The notes under the pieces: model-generated
The model's input: only the letters and a program-made list of their open reading frames with translations
What the model was told of the DNA's origin: nothing
Databases searched by the model: none
NCBI GenBank assembly: GCA_963708135.1
Contig: OY970192.1
Coordinates: 3,200,001-3,264,000 of the forward strand
Direction of reading: 5' to 3'
DNA length: 64,000 nucleotides
DNA from: an uncultured Gemmatimonadales bacterium
GTDB taxonomy: Bacteria > Gemmatimonadota > Gemmatimonadetes > Longimicrobiales > RSA9
Made by a program: the position numbers and the translations under genes
Shown: piece by piece, positions 20,375-31,932 of the stretch
Numbering within the stretch: position 1 is the stretch's first letter
Layout: each line of letters starts with the position of its first letter

Positions 20375-20414
20375 AGTCTAGCACCGAACGATACTAAGGT
20401 CAATACCTAAGTAT
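20375..20414 (-). promoter_or_regulatory. Promoter and inverted-repeat operator of the ArsR-SRPBCC operon
   Basis: ATACTAAGGT-CAAT-ACCTAAGTAT (20391-20414, one mismatch); minus-strand TTGACC(20403-20398)-17bp-TAGACT(20380-20375). Confidence 0.75.
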
Positions 20415-20482
20415 AGGTTCACGGGTCGAGCGGCGGTCCAGGCCGTGCGATGGATCGGGTCAACGGTGAGACGGCGGGACGG

Positions 20483-20800
20483 CCGGGATGGGATTGGGGT
20501 TGGGGTTCGGGTTCGACCGGGCAGCTCACCGGGGTGACCCGGACGCTCGCCCGGACGGTTTGCGGGGGCGGCGGGTTCACGGATTCCCCGCCCACCCCGC
20601 CCTACCCCCGCCCACCCCCGCCACCCCGCCCTCGCCGCGGGGGGGAGGGAGAGGGGTGCGGGCGGGGCGGGCGGGGGTAGGGCGGCGCGGGGCCGGCAGT
20701 GAACCCGCCCCACCCCGGCAACCGGCGGCGCCGGAATCCTGGCTTACCCGATGGACCCTCCGCGTCGAACCCGAACCCGAACCCGAACCCGTCCGTCCCG
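20483..20800. repeat. Long imperfect GC-rich inverted repeat (~320 bp hairpin)
   Basis: Nested complementary blocks: GGGTTCGGGTTCGAC/GTCGAACCCGAACCC, GCGGGTTCAC/GTGAACCCGC and CCGCCCTACCCCCGCCC/GGGCGGGGGTAGGGCGG. Confidence 0.75.
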
Positions 20801-20831
20801 ACCCGGGTCGGCAGCCCCGAACCGCCGTTGT

Positions 20832-20925
20832 TGCCTATTCCGGTGATTCCGTCCACGAGTTCCGGAGGAAGCCGTCCAGCGGTTCCGGCGCAAGCCGTCC
20901 ACCCGTTCCGGTCCATGCCGTCCAC
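20832..20925. mobile_element. Isolated exact inverted copy of the IS21 right end
   Basis: 94 bp that match the reverse complement of 23616-23709. Confidence 0.9.
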
Positions 20926-21268
20926 ACGGGAGCTTGGCCCGCTCTACGCCGGCCGACTTCGCGGCCGGCGCTCTGTTCACCCCAGGCCCTGAGAAGCTCG
21001 AAAATTCTCGCTTGTAATGGACCAGAAACGGGGTGAGGAGCAGAAGTTGAGTATTCCGGCCCAAGCCGGCCACCGATTCCGGTCGAAGCCGGCCACCGAT
21101 TCCGGACCATTCCGTCCACCCGTTCCGGAGCAATCCGTCCACCGATTCCGGGGATTCCGTCCTGCCATTCCGGCGGAATCCGTCCACCCTTGGGGGAGCG
21201 AAGCCGACGCTGGATGACCTGAACCAGACCAGCCGCCACCTTGTGCGGGTCCTGAACCCGGAGGAGAG

Positions 21269-22840
21269 ATGGCGGCGGAGAGGTTGTCCATGCGGAAGAT
21301 CAAGGAGGTGCTGCGGCTGAAGGCTGCAGGCCATGGGAACCGGGCGATCGCCCGGAGCCTGCGGATCGCGCACAGCACGGTCCGCGAGTACCTGAACCGG
21401 GCCGAGGCGGCGGAGCTGGGCTGGCCGCTGCCGGAGGGGCTGACGGAGGCGGAGCTCGAGGCCCGGCTTTTTCCGCCGCCGCAGCCGTCGAACGTGGCGC
21501 GTCCGCTGCCGGACTGGGCGGAGGTGCACCGGGAGCTGAAGTCGAAGAAGCGGAGCGGCGTCACGCTCCAGCTGCTCTGGCTCGAGTACAAGGAGGACCA
21601 CCCGTACGGGCTCCAGTACAGCCAGTTCTGCGAGCGGTACCGGCGGTGGCGGGGCGGGCTCGACCTGGTGCTCCGGCAGGAGCACCGCGCCGGGGAGAAG
21701 GTCTTCGTGGACTTCGCCGGCCAGACGGTGCCGGTGGTGGACCGGGGCACCGGGGAGATCCGCGAGGCCGAGATCTTCGTCGGGGTGCTGGGCGCCAGCA
21801 ACTACACCTACGCCGAAGCGTGCTGGAGCCAGGAGCTGCCCGAGTGGATCGGCGCGCACGTGCGCATGTACGAGTACTTCGGCGGGGTGCCGCAGCTCAC
21901 GGTCCCCGACAACCTGAAGGCAGGGGTCCGCCACGCCTGCTACTACGAGCCGGACCTGAACCCGACGTATCACGAGCTGGCGGTGCACTACGGCACGGCC
22001 GTGCTGCCGGCCCGGGTCCGGAAGCCGAGGGACAAGGCGAAGGCGGAAGCGGGCGTGCTCCTGGTGGAGCGGTGGATCCTGGCCCGGCTCCGCAAGCTGA
22101 CCTTCTTCAGCCTGGCCGAGCTGAACCGGGAGATCGCTCGTCTGCTGGAGCTCCTGAACGACCGGCCCTTCCAGAAGCTGGAGGGCAGCCGCCGCTCGCT
22201 CTTCGAGACGCTGGACCGGCCGGCGCTCCTGCCGCTCCCCGAGCAGCGCTACGAGTTTGCCCGCTGGAAGAAGGCCCGGGTCAACATCGACTACCACATC
22301 GATGTCCTCGGCCACTACTACAGCGTGCCCCACACCCTCGTCCGCCAGCAGGTGGACGTGCGCATCACCCGCACGAGCGTCGAGATCCTGCACTCCGGCC
22401 GCCGGGTGGCGGCGCATCTGCGGAGCCACCGCAAGGGTGGCTTCAGCACGGAGCCCGGACACCGGCCCAAGGCGCACCAGAAGCATCTCGAGTGGACGCC
22501 GTCGCGAATCGTCGCCTGGGCCGAGAAGACCGGGCCCGCCACGGGCGAGCTGGCCCGGCAGATCCTCGAGAGCAAGCCGCACCCGGAGCAGGGCTACCGC
22601 GCCTGCCTCGGTCTCCTGAGGCTCGGCGATCGACACTCTCCCGAACGGCTCGAGGCCGCCTGCGCCCGCGCGCTGCGGATCGGCGGCGTCTCGTACCGCT
22701 CGGTCAAGTCCATCCTCCAGAGCGGACTCGACCGCCTCCCCCTGGAAGAGCAGGCGAGCCTCGCCCTGCCCCAGAACCATGAACATCTGCGCGGCGGGAC
22801 CTACTACGCCGCCGCCGCCAACGGAGCCCTCTCATGCTGA
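21269..22840 (+). CDS. istA: IS21 transposase IstA
   Basis: N-terminal HTH, HRAGEKVFVDFAG, VPDNLK, KPRDKAKAE DDE motifs. Confidence 0.95.
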   Translation: MAAERLSMRKIKEVLRLKAAGHGNRAIARSLRIAHSTVREYLNRAEAAELGWPLPEGLTEAELEARLFPPPQPSNVARPLPDWAEVHRELKSKKRSGVTLQLLWLEYKEDHPYGLQYSQFCERYRRWRGGLDLVLRQEHRAGEKVFVDFAGQTVPVVDRGTGEIREAEIFVGVLGASNYTYAEACWSQELPEWIGAHVRMYEYFGGVPQLTVPDNLKAGVRHACYYEPDLNPTYHELAVHYGTAVLPARVRKPRDKAKAEAGVLLVERWILARLRKLTFFSLAELNREIARLLELLNDRPFQKLEGSRRSLFETLDRPALLPLPEQRYEFARWKKARVNIDYHIDVLGHYYSVPHTLVRQQVDVRITRTSVEILHSGRRVAAHLRSHRKGGFSTEPGHRPKAHQKHLEWTPSRIVAWAEKTGPATGELARQILESKPHPEQGYRACLGLLRLGDRHSPERLEAACARALRIGGVSYRSVKSILQSGLDRLPLEEQASLALPQNHEHLRGGTYYAAAANGALSC

Positions 22841-23586
22841 CGCACCAGACCCTCGACCAGCTCCACGAGCTCCGCCTCACCGGCATGGCCCAGGCCCTGG
22901 AAGAACAGATGCGCATGCCCGACGTCGAGAGCCTCGCCTTCGACGACCGTCTGGCCCTCCTCCTGGAACGGGAGATCACCTTCCGCGACGACCGGCGCCT
23001 CACCCGGCTCCTCCAGGTGGCCAAGCTCCATCTTCAAGCCGCCATCGAGGACCTCGACTTCCGAAGCCCTCGAGGACTGGAGCGATCCCTCATCCTGCGC
23101 CTCTCCAGCGGCCAGTGGATCCGCGACCACCAGAGCGTCCTGATCTCCGGCGCCACGGGCACCGGCAAGAGCTTCCTGGCCTGCGCCCTCGGTCACAGCG
23201 CCTGCCGCCAGGGCCTGTCCACCCGCTACTACCGCTTCTCCCGGCTCCTCGGAGAGCTGGCTCTGGCCCGGGCCGACGGCTCCTACGCCAAGCTCCTCGA
23301 CCGCCTGGCCAAGACCCAACTCCTCATCCTCGATGACTTCGGCCTCGCTCCACTCACCGACTCCGAGCGCCGTGATCTCCTCGAGGTCCTCGAAGACCGC
23401 TACGGCCGACGCGCCACCCTCGTCACCAGCCAGCTGCCCGTCGAGCACTGGCACGCGGTCATGGGAGACGCCACATTCGCCGACGCCATCCTGGATCGGC
23501 TCGTCCACAACGCCCACACCATCACCCTGAAAGGAGCATCCATGCGGCGGAAGAAGAATCAGACCCCCGCCGTCGCCGAGTCCTGA
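22834..23586 (+). CDS. istB: IS21 helper ATPase IstB
   Basis: Walker A GATGTGKS, Walker B LILDDFG, ADAILDRLVHNA. Confidence 0.95.
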   Translation: MLTHQTLDQLHELRLTGMAQALEEQMRMPDVESLAFDDRLALLLEREITFRDDRRLTRLLQVAKLHLQAAIEDLDFRSPRGLERSLILRLSSGQWIRDHQSVLISGATGTGKSFLACALGHSACRQGLSTRYYRFSRLLGELALARADGSYAKLLDRLAKTQLLILDDFGLAPLTDSERRDLLEVLEDRYGRRATLVTSQLPVEHWHAVMGDATFADAILDRLVHNAHTITLKGASMRRKKNQTPAVAES

Positions 23587-23709
23587 ACACGCCAGCGTCG
23601 CTTCGCTCCGACCGGGTGGACGGCATGGACCGGAACGGGTGGACGGCTTGCGCCGGAACCGCTGGACGGCTTCCTCCGGAACTCGTGGACGGAATCACCG
23701 GAATAGGCA

Positions 23710-24302
23710 TCCGGATCGTAGACAATGACGCCGATCGCCTCGAGGAGGTGCGGCGCACCCGCTTCGCTTTCACGCCCGCCCGCTCTCCTCAGCCGCTCTA
23801 CGGCGCGCTCGATCAGCGGTAGCGTCAACTTCTTGCGCCCGGCTGCAGCTTCCTCGTAGCTGGGGAGGGCGAGAACGCCACCGACCACGGCGAACGGAAA
23901 TTTTAGATGGATGTTGACCGCGAACGTCCGGATGTCTCCGAACCGGTTCCAGATGGCGCGGCCAACCGCGAGGTTGACGGGTTTGATCTCGACGGCGAGT
24001 CGCAGGCCGTCCAGGCGGTGGGCCTCCGAGACGTCCGCCTGGACGGTACGAAGAGCCCCGGCAACTTTCGTCTCGCTCGCTTTGCCGGATTTCGCGAGGT
24101 GAGGGATGGAATCCGCCAGGTCGTTCAGCAGCACCTCGCCGAGGGTCCGGGAGAGGCGAATCTGAGCGCTCTTCTTCGGTCCGGCTGCAAGCGTTTCGGC
24201 TGCGCGCACGTACTCGCTCGCAGCCTCGAGGTAGTGCTCGAGCCGAGCCGACTTGAGCGATTCGAGGCGGTTGACCTTCGGCAGTCCGGTCTTGTCTTTC
24301 AT
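23710..24302 (-). pseudogene. PD-(D/E)xK nuclease, type II restriction endonuclease-like, truncated by IS21
   Basis: E..VAGALRTVQADV...LAVEIKPVN...NRFGD pattern; the frame runs directly into the IS21 end after IVYDPD. Confidence 0.6.
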
Positions 24303-24616
24303 GTCAAGCGAAGATCCGTTGACGGGCCGCCGAAAGCAAGCACCATCCGAACCGCCCGATCCCGGACCTCTGCGGAGTACCGCTTCGGCTTGCTCATGAC
24401 CCCATCCTCTCAAGATCTGGGGCCTCCGGCAAACCCGGGGTGGTTCACACCGTGAAGTAGCGGGTCATCAGCAGGTAGAGGCACCGCCGCAAGGCCGGTG
24501 ATCTCTGCCGCGGCCGTGAGCAGGGCTTGAGCGGACGAGTTTCCACCCGCCCTGGCGAGCAACTCCCCGTGCTTCTCCCGGGCCCTCGGCCGAAGCTCTG
24601 CCTATGGACCCATCGT

Positions 24617-24860
24617 CTACTCCTCACGCTGCGCCTGTGCGATGGTGATCCATCGGTCGCGGTCCTCCAGCGCAATCGATGGATCAGTGCGGACCGCCTC
24701 AAAGAAGTCTTGCTGGCCGCCGACGGTCGGTACCTGCTCGGACCGGTAGTTCGCGCCGGCAGCCAACGTGGGTTCGAGGCTCAGATGCTCGGCGACCGCG
24801 GCTGCGCTGCAGTGGAGTGTCCGCGCCAGATCCTCGATCAAGGTTCGGGGGATCGAAGTC
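24617..24860 (-). pseudogene. C-terminal fragment of an XRE/HTH-like protein
   Basis: SIPRTLIEDLARTLHCSAAAVAEHL...AGANYRSEQVP...QQDFFEAVR reads as natural protein; the 5' part is replaced by IS4 sequence. Confidence 0.45.
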
Positions 24861-25392
24861 GCGGAGAATACGCCCTCCCACCGCCGGTACTCCCGCCCGG
24901 TCAACCACTCGACCGGCCTGCGCTGCGATCAAACGATCGTCCTCGACACGTTCCATTCCGCCGCGCGCTACCCGGAGCCGCTGCGCCGCATCAGCTATCG
25001 TGACGTGCTCAGCGGCAGCGGGTTCGTCTTCCTCACGAACGACTTTCAGCTGCCGGCCCTTACGACCGCCAACCTCTACCACGAGCGCTGGCAGGTCGAG
25101 CTCTTCTTCAAGTGGATCAAACAGCACCTCCGGATCAAAGCCTTCTATGGCACAACGCCCAACGCGGTGCGGACTCAGATCTGGATCGCCATCTCCGTCT
25201 ACGTCCTCGTGGCGGTCGTCCGGAAGCAGCTCCAGACCGAACGCGACCTCTACACTTTGCTAAAGATCCTGAGCATCACTCTGCTCGCGAAAGTGCCGCT
25301 GCAGCAAGCACTTACGGCGGACGCCTATACTCTCCAAGAGACCCAAAGTCGTAACCAGTTGTCACTCTTCGACTTGTGACCGGACACTACTG
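24860..25392 (+). mobile_element. IS4-family remnant: 3' third of transposase plus right inverted repeat
   Basis: GLRCDQTI...FVFLTN...LYHERWQVELFFKWIKQHLRIK (YREK motif), stop at 25379, then terminal ACCGGACACTACTG. Confidence 0.88.
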
Positions 25393-25550
25393 GCCCGAGA
25401 CAGAAGTTCATCTGTAGAGAGGGCAAGGCAGGTCCGGATCTGAAGGTCTGTCTCCGCCGTCCGGCCGTAGAGCTGCCCCTTTCGGTTGCGTTTGGTGAGA
25501 GGAGTCGGATGTGGAGAGGTAGAATCGGGCGGTTGAGCGAGCGCTGACAT
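25393..25550 (-). pseudogene. N-terminal fragment of a gene interrupted by IS4 (possibly sigma-factor-like)
   Basis: MSALAQ...PLTKRNRKGQLYGRTAETDLQIRTCLALSTDELLSRA is cut exactly at the IS4 end; the family call is from recall only. Confidence 0.4.
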
Positions 25551-25785
25551 CGAGTCGTCTGTCACGTCAATCTTCTCAGGTGGGAAGAACGGGAAATGCG
25601 CGCGGCAGGGAGCATGACCGTGAAGCCACTGTGTGCGCAATATCCGGCCGGAGGTGGGAATACGTAGACCGAGGCCGAGCATTGACTCCGCAGCAAACCG
25701 GTCGCATAGGCCAGGCTCAGGCACAGAATGCCCCCGAAGGGATCGCTACCGCAAGACGTGGATCCCCAGCGAGAAGCCGGAACCG

Positions 25786-26180
25786 AGTCAATGGCGGCTG
25801 AACATGCCCCACCCGGAGGGGGTGACGAGCCGCAGGGCGTCGACACCTGCCGGCGGCTCCCTCTCCGTCGTCGTTGAGAGTCCTCCCCCTCAGGCGCCGG
25901 GGTGAGGACGGGGAAGAGGTCGGTGTGGTGGGCGCATGCGGTAGCTGTTGCCGCGGATCGAGAGGACGTAACAGTGGTGGAGCAGCCGATCGATCAGAGC
26001 GGCGGCCATGACCTCGTCACCGAAGATCTCGCCCCAGTCCTCGAAGTCCTTGTTGGACGTGAGGACGGTGGAAGCCATTTCGTAGCGCCGGGTCATGAGC
26101 TGGACGAAGTGCATGGCTCCGGTGCGGCTCACGGGGAGGTAGCCGATCTCATCCACCACCAGCACGGCCGGGTCGGCCCT
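25786..26180 (-). pseudogene. istB: Remnant of a second, different IS21: 3' half of istB and a degenerate end
   Basis: VLVVDEIGYLP...RRYE..STVLTSNK.F..WGEIFGDEVMAAALIDRLLHH...GNSYRM; GTCAATGGCGGCTGAACATGCCCCAC near 25787 resembles an IS21 terminal repeat. Confidence 0.8.
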
Positions 26181-26369
26181 CCACCACCCGATCACCCCGC
26201 AGCTACCGAGTGAAGGGGTTCGCTGCTTCGGAGATAGTATGACTCGCGCGCCGGGACAATCATGGTGTCTGTTTTTCGGCCCGATAACGGCCGTCTAGGC
26301 CGCCGGCGATCGCCGGACCGGGCCGGCCAGCGCGGTCAATTCCGTCCGATTTCGTGACTCCGAAAACAC

Positions 26370-26399
26370 GAGAAAGGCCCACCGTAGCTGGCCTTTCTC
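26370..26399 (-). terminator. Hairpin downstream of pilC, likely terminator
   Basis: GAGAAAGGCC-N10-GGCCTTTCTC, followed on the minus strand by GTGTTTT. Confidence 0.55.
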
Positions 26400-26403
26400 C
26401 GAG

Positions 26404-26479
26404 CGACAACGAATCAATTACCCACAAAACAACGAATCAACTGACGCGGCCGCAACGAATCAAGTGACGTTCAGGGACA
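26404..26479. mobile_element. Tn7/Mu-like transposon end with three transposase-binding repeats
   Basis: CAACGAATCAA at 26407, 26430 and 26453 (23-bp period), then terminal ...CAGGGACA, which reads TGTCCCTG inward on the minus strand. Confidence 0.65.
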
Positions 26480-26487
26480 CACACCCC

Positions 26488-27690
26488 CTACTTCACCGCG
26501 TTCACCATGTCGAAGATCGGCAGGTACATGGCGACGATCATCCCGCCGACGACGACGCCGAGCACGACGATCATGACGGGCTCCATGGCGGCGAGCAGGG
26601 CTTCGACGGCGGCGTCAACTTCCTCGTCGTAGAAGTCGGCGATCTTGTTGAGCATCTCGTCGAGGCCGCCGGTCTGCTCGCCGACGTTGATCATCTGCAC
26701 GACCATGGGGGGGAAGACGTTGCTCTTCTTGAGCGGCTCGGAGATGGTCTCGCCGCCGGCGATGGAGGCGCGGCTCTCCATGACGGCGTCGTGGATGACG
26801 CGGTTGCCGGCGGTCTTGGCGGTGATCTCGAGGCCGTCGAGGATGGAGACGCCGGAGGCGACGAGGGTGCCGAGGGTGCGGGTGAAGCGCGCGACGGCGG
26901 ACTTTCGCAGCATGTTGCCGAGCACGGGGATGTGGAGGCTCATCTTGTCGATGGCGAGCTCGCCGTTGTCGGTGCCGTAGTAGGCGCGGATGGCGAAGAT
27001 GGCGCCCGCGATGGCGGCGGCGACGGCCCACCAGTAGGCCTGGAGGAAGGCGGACATGCCAATGACGATGCGGGTGGGCAGCGGCAGGGCGATGCCGGCG
27101 TCGGCGAACATGGTCTGGAAGGTCGGGATCACGAAGATGAGCAGGATCGCGATGGCGCCGGCGGCGACGGACATGACGACGGCGGGGTAGATCATGGCGC
27201 CCTTGATCTTGCGGCGCAGCGCGTCGGCCTTCTCGAGGAAGGTGGCCAGGCGGAGCAGGATGGTGTCGAGGATGCCGCCGGCCTCGCCGGCGGCGACCAT
27301 GTTGGTGTAGAGGGCGGGGAAGACCTTCTCCTGCTTGCGCATGGCGTCGGCCAGGGTCTGGCCGGACTCGACGTCGTAGAGGATCTCCTCGATGACCTTC
27401 TGGAGGTGCTTGTTCTCGCTCTGCTTGGCCAGGATGTCGAGGGACTGCACGAGGGGCAGCCCGGAGTTGATCATCGTGGCGAACTGGCGCGTGAAGATGA
27501 CGAGGTCGCGGGTGGAGACGCCGGTCCCGAAGCTGAGGTTGAGGGCGCCGGCCTTCTTCTCCTCGACCTTGACGGGGATGAGGCGCTGCTTGCGCAGCAG
27601 CTGGACGACATCGTCGCGGCTGGCGAGGTCGATCTCGCCGTTCTGGATCTCGCCCGTGGTGGCGCGTGCGGAGTAGGTGAACGTCGGCAT
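26488..27690 (-). CDS. pilC: Type IV pilus platform protein PilC (T2SS F family)
   Basis: FTRQFATMINSGLPL, AGEAGGILDTILLRLA, VGEQTGGLDEML motifs. Confidence 0.95.
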   Translation of the reverse strand: MPTFTYSARATTGEIQNGEIDLASRDDVVQLLRKQRLIPVKVEEKKAGALNLSFGTGVSTRDLVIFTRQFATMINSGLPLVQSLDILAKQSENKHLQKVIEEILYDVESGQTLADAMRKQEKVFPALYTNMVAAGEAGGILDTILLRLATFLEKADALRRKIKGAMIYPAVVMSVAAGAIAILLIFVIPTFQTMFADAGIALPLPTRIVIGMSAFLQAYWWAVAAAIAGAIFAIRAYYGTDNGELAIDKMSLHIPVLGNMLRKSAVARFTRTLGTLVASGVSILDGLEITAKTAGNRVIHDAVMESRASIAGGETISEPLKKSNVFPPMVVQMINVGEQTGGLDEMLNKIADFYDEEVDAAVEALLAAMEPVMIVVLGVVVGGMIVAMYLPIFDMVNAVK

Positions 27691-27728
27691 CCGATGATCC
27701 TCGTCTCGGGGGTCCGTTGTCGACGCGG

Positions 27729-28840
27729 CTAGGCGGGGAGGGGCTGGCCGGTCATTCGGAGCAGCTCGTTGGGGTCGGAGGAGTGCTGGAGCGCCTCCTC
27801 CAGGGTGATGTCGCCTGCGATGAAGAACTGGTAGAGCGCATCGTTGAGGGTCTGCATGCCGAACTTCTTGCCGGCCTGCATGGTGGAGTAGATCTGGTGC
27901 ACCTTGTCGTCGCGGATGCAGGCGCGCACGGCGGGGGTGCAGATCATGATCTCGCAGGCGCACACGCGGCCGGTGCCGGTGGCGCGCGGGATGAGGGTCT
28001 GGGTGACGACGCCCTCGAGGACGAAGGCGAGCTGGGCGCGCACCTGGGCCTGCTGGTTGGAGGGGAAGACGTCGATGATGCGGTTGATGGTCTCGGCCGC
28101 CGAGTTGGTGTGCAGGGTGGCGAAGGCGAGGTGGCCGGTCTCGGCGATGGTGAGGGCGGCCTGGATGGTCTCGAGGTCGCGCATCTCGCCGATGAGAACG
28201 AAGTCGGGGTCCTGGCGCAGCGCGTACTTGAGGGCGGCGCCGAAGCTCTTGGTGTCGGCGCCGACCTCGCGCTGGTTGACAATGCAGCCCTGGTGCTTGT
28301 GGACGAACTCGATGGGGTCCTCGACGGTGAGGATGTGGCCCTTCTCCTCGCGGTTGATCTTGTCGAGCATGGCGGCGAGGGTGGTCGACTTGCCGGAGCC
28401 GGTGGGTCCGGTGACGAGGACGAGGCCGCGCGGCTTCTCGGCGAGGGCGGCGACGATGGCGGGCAGGCCGAGATCGTCGAAGGTCTTGATGGAGAAGGGG
28501 ATCTGGCGGACGGCCATGGAGACGCAGCCGCGCTGGCGGTAGACGTTGCCGCGGAAGCGGGCCAGGTTGGTGATGCCGAAGGAGAAGTCGAGCTCGTCCT
28601 CGAGCTCGAAGCGCTTCTTCTGCGCGTCGGTGAGGATCGAGTAGGCGATCTGGAGCGTGTCCTTGGCCGAGAGCACGTAGTCGGCGGAGGCGTTGGTGAG
28701 ATGGCCGTCGATGCGCAGCTTGGGGTGCTCGCCGGCGGTGATGTGGAGATCGCTGGCGTCGCGACGGATCATCTCCTCGAGCAGGGCGCGCAGGTTGATC
28801 CCCTGGCCCTGCTGCTGCTGGGTCGGCACCTGGGTGGTAC

Positions 28841-28844
<4 letters not shown>
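27729..28844 (-). CDS. pilT: Type IV pilus retraction ATPase PilT
   Basis: ASDLHI, GPTGSGKSTT, TVEDPIE, LRQDPD, AETGHL, GMQT motifs. Confidence 0.95.
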
Positions 28845-30562
<1,718 letters not shown>

Positions 30563-30609
30563 GTCTGTTGCTTGAACTGCCTTCGGTGGAGGCATTTCGG
30601 GGAGGTCTC

Positions 30610-30639
30610 AGTATACCAAGAGGGGCGGGCATAGGTCAA
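30610..30639 (-). promoter_or_regulatory. sigma70 promoter for pilB-pilT-pilC
   Basis: TTGACC(30639-30634)-18bp-TATACT(30615-30610) with an extended -10 TG. Confidence 0.7.
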
Positions 30640-30674
30640 GGTGTTGCGTCGTATGCGCGTGTGCGCGCGCGGCA

Positions 30675-31037
30675 AGAGTGGGCGAGTGGGAGAGTGGGAG
30701 ACCGGGGCGACGCTCGCGGCGGCCGACCGCGACCGGGCCTCGCACCGTGCCGGGTGCCGCACGTGCAGGGCCCTTCCTCCGGACCGGGCGACGCCACTCT
30801 CCCACGCCCTCCCCCAGAGTGGGAGAGTGGGAGAGTGGGAGACCGGGGCGACGCTCGCGGCGGCCGACCGCGACCGGGCCTCGCACCGTGCCGGGTGCCG
30901 CACGTGCAGGGCCCTTCCTCCGGACCGGGCGACGCCACTCTCCCACTCCGAACGGCCGCCGCAGGCAATGAGGGCCGCGGAAACGCCGGCACCCTGCCCT
31001 GCCCGGCACAGCACCCACTCTCCCACTCTCCCACTCT
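30675..31037. repeat. Two octamer-bracketed cassettes (141-bp offset), same family as the 32-35 kb array
   Basis: GAGTGGGA runs on the left, TCCCACTC runs on the right, internal modules homologous to the 225-bp unit. Confidence 0.9.
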
Positions 31038-31045
31038 TGCTTCCA

Positions 31046-31906
31046 TCATCGGTCCAGGCTCAGGAATGGCTTCAGCTTGGCCAGCTTCGCGGGGCCAATG
31101 CCGTTGACCTTGAGGAGGTCCTCGGCGGTGCGGAAGGGGCCGGACTTCTCGCGCAGGGCCACGATGCGGGCGGCGAGGGCGGAGCCGATGCCGGGGAGCT
31201 TCTGGAGGTCGGCGGCGGAGGCGGTGTTCGGGTCCACCAGCGCGGCTGGAGCCGCGGGATCCCTGCCCTGCCCTCCCGCCCGACGCGCGGACGCGGGGCG
31301 ACTTCGGGCGACGCGACCGCGCGAGGCCGGGCTCGCGGCGGAGCCGGGCTCCGATTGCGGCGACGCTGCGGCGTCCCGGGACCGGCCCGGTTCCACGATT
31401 TCCGTCACCTCCGCCCTCGCGGCCCGACCGTTCGCCACCCGGCCGCTCGATGCACCGTCGTCGCCCGACCGCGCCGCGAGCTCCGCGTGCGTCCGGATGG
31501 GCAGGCCGTGCGAGGCGCCGAAGGTCAGGTGGGGCAGGAGGCGGGCGATGCGGCCGGCGCTCATGCCGGGGACGGTGCCGAGGTCGTCGCTGCCGGCGAA
31601 AGGGCCGTCTTTCTCGCGGGCGGCGATGACGGCGTGGGCGAGGGTCGGCCCGATGCCGGGGAGGCGATCGAGCTGCTCGGGCGGGGCGGCGTTGACGTTG
31701 ATCTTCTCCGTGCTGCCGAGCGGGCGAGCCGCGCGCCGGTCCTTCTCGGCCGCGGCCTGGCTCTGGCGCTCGATTCTGGCGAGGTCAACGGTGGGCAGGT
31801 CCGGCACGGGCACGGGTGGCCGCAGCACGAGCCGCCCCGCGCCGGCGAGGACGAGCAGGAGCAGCACGAAGCCGACCGCGCGGGATTCGTCCCTGGAGAG
31901 GCTCAT
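31046..31906 (-). CDS. comEA: ComEA-family DNA-binding protein with two helix-hairpin-helix domains
   Basis: N-terminal TM helix; INVNAA...LDRLPGIGP and [15 protein letters not shown]...[16 protein letters not shown]; 3' end of ORF 31046..34945. Confidence 0.88.
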   Translation of the reverse strand: MSLSRDESRAVGFVLLLLVLAGAGRLVLRPPVPVPDLPTVDLARIERQSQAAAEKDRRAARPLGSTEKINVNAAPPEQLDRLPGIGPTLAHAVIAAREKDGPFAGSDDLGTVPGMSAGRIARLLPHLTFGASHGLPIRTHAELAARSGDDGASSGRVANGRAARAEVTEIVEPGRSRDAAASPQSEPGSAASPASRGRVARSRPASARRAGGQGRDPAAPAALVDPNTASAADLQKLPGIGSALAARIVALREKSGPFRTAEDLLKVNGIGPAKLAKLKPFLSLDR

Positions 31907-31932
31907 CGCCGGTTCAGGGGAGGGTGGGGGAA

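Larger units (their letters stand above)
21048..23709 (+). mobile_element. IS21-family insertion sequence (2662 bp)
   Basis: Ends TGAGTATTCCGG... and ...CCGGAATAGGCA; about six and four 22-23 bp subterminal repeats (TTCCGG-N5-CCG(T/G)CCAC); contains istA and istB; no target duplication visible. Confidence 0.93.

Noticed and set aside
21048..21190. 22-23 bp repeats as a mini-CRISPR or iterons
   Set aside because: They are the normal subterminal transposase-binding repeats of the IS21 end.
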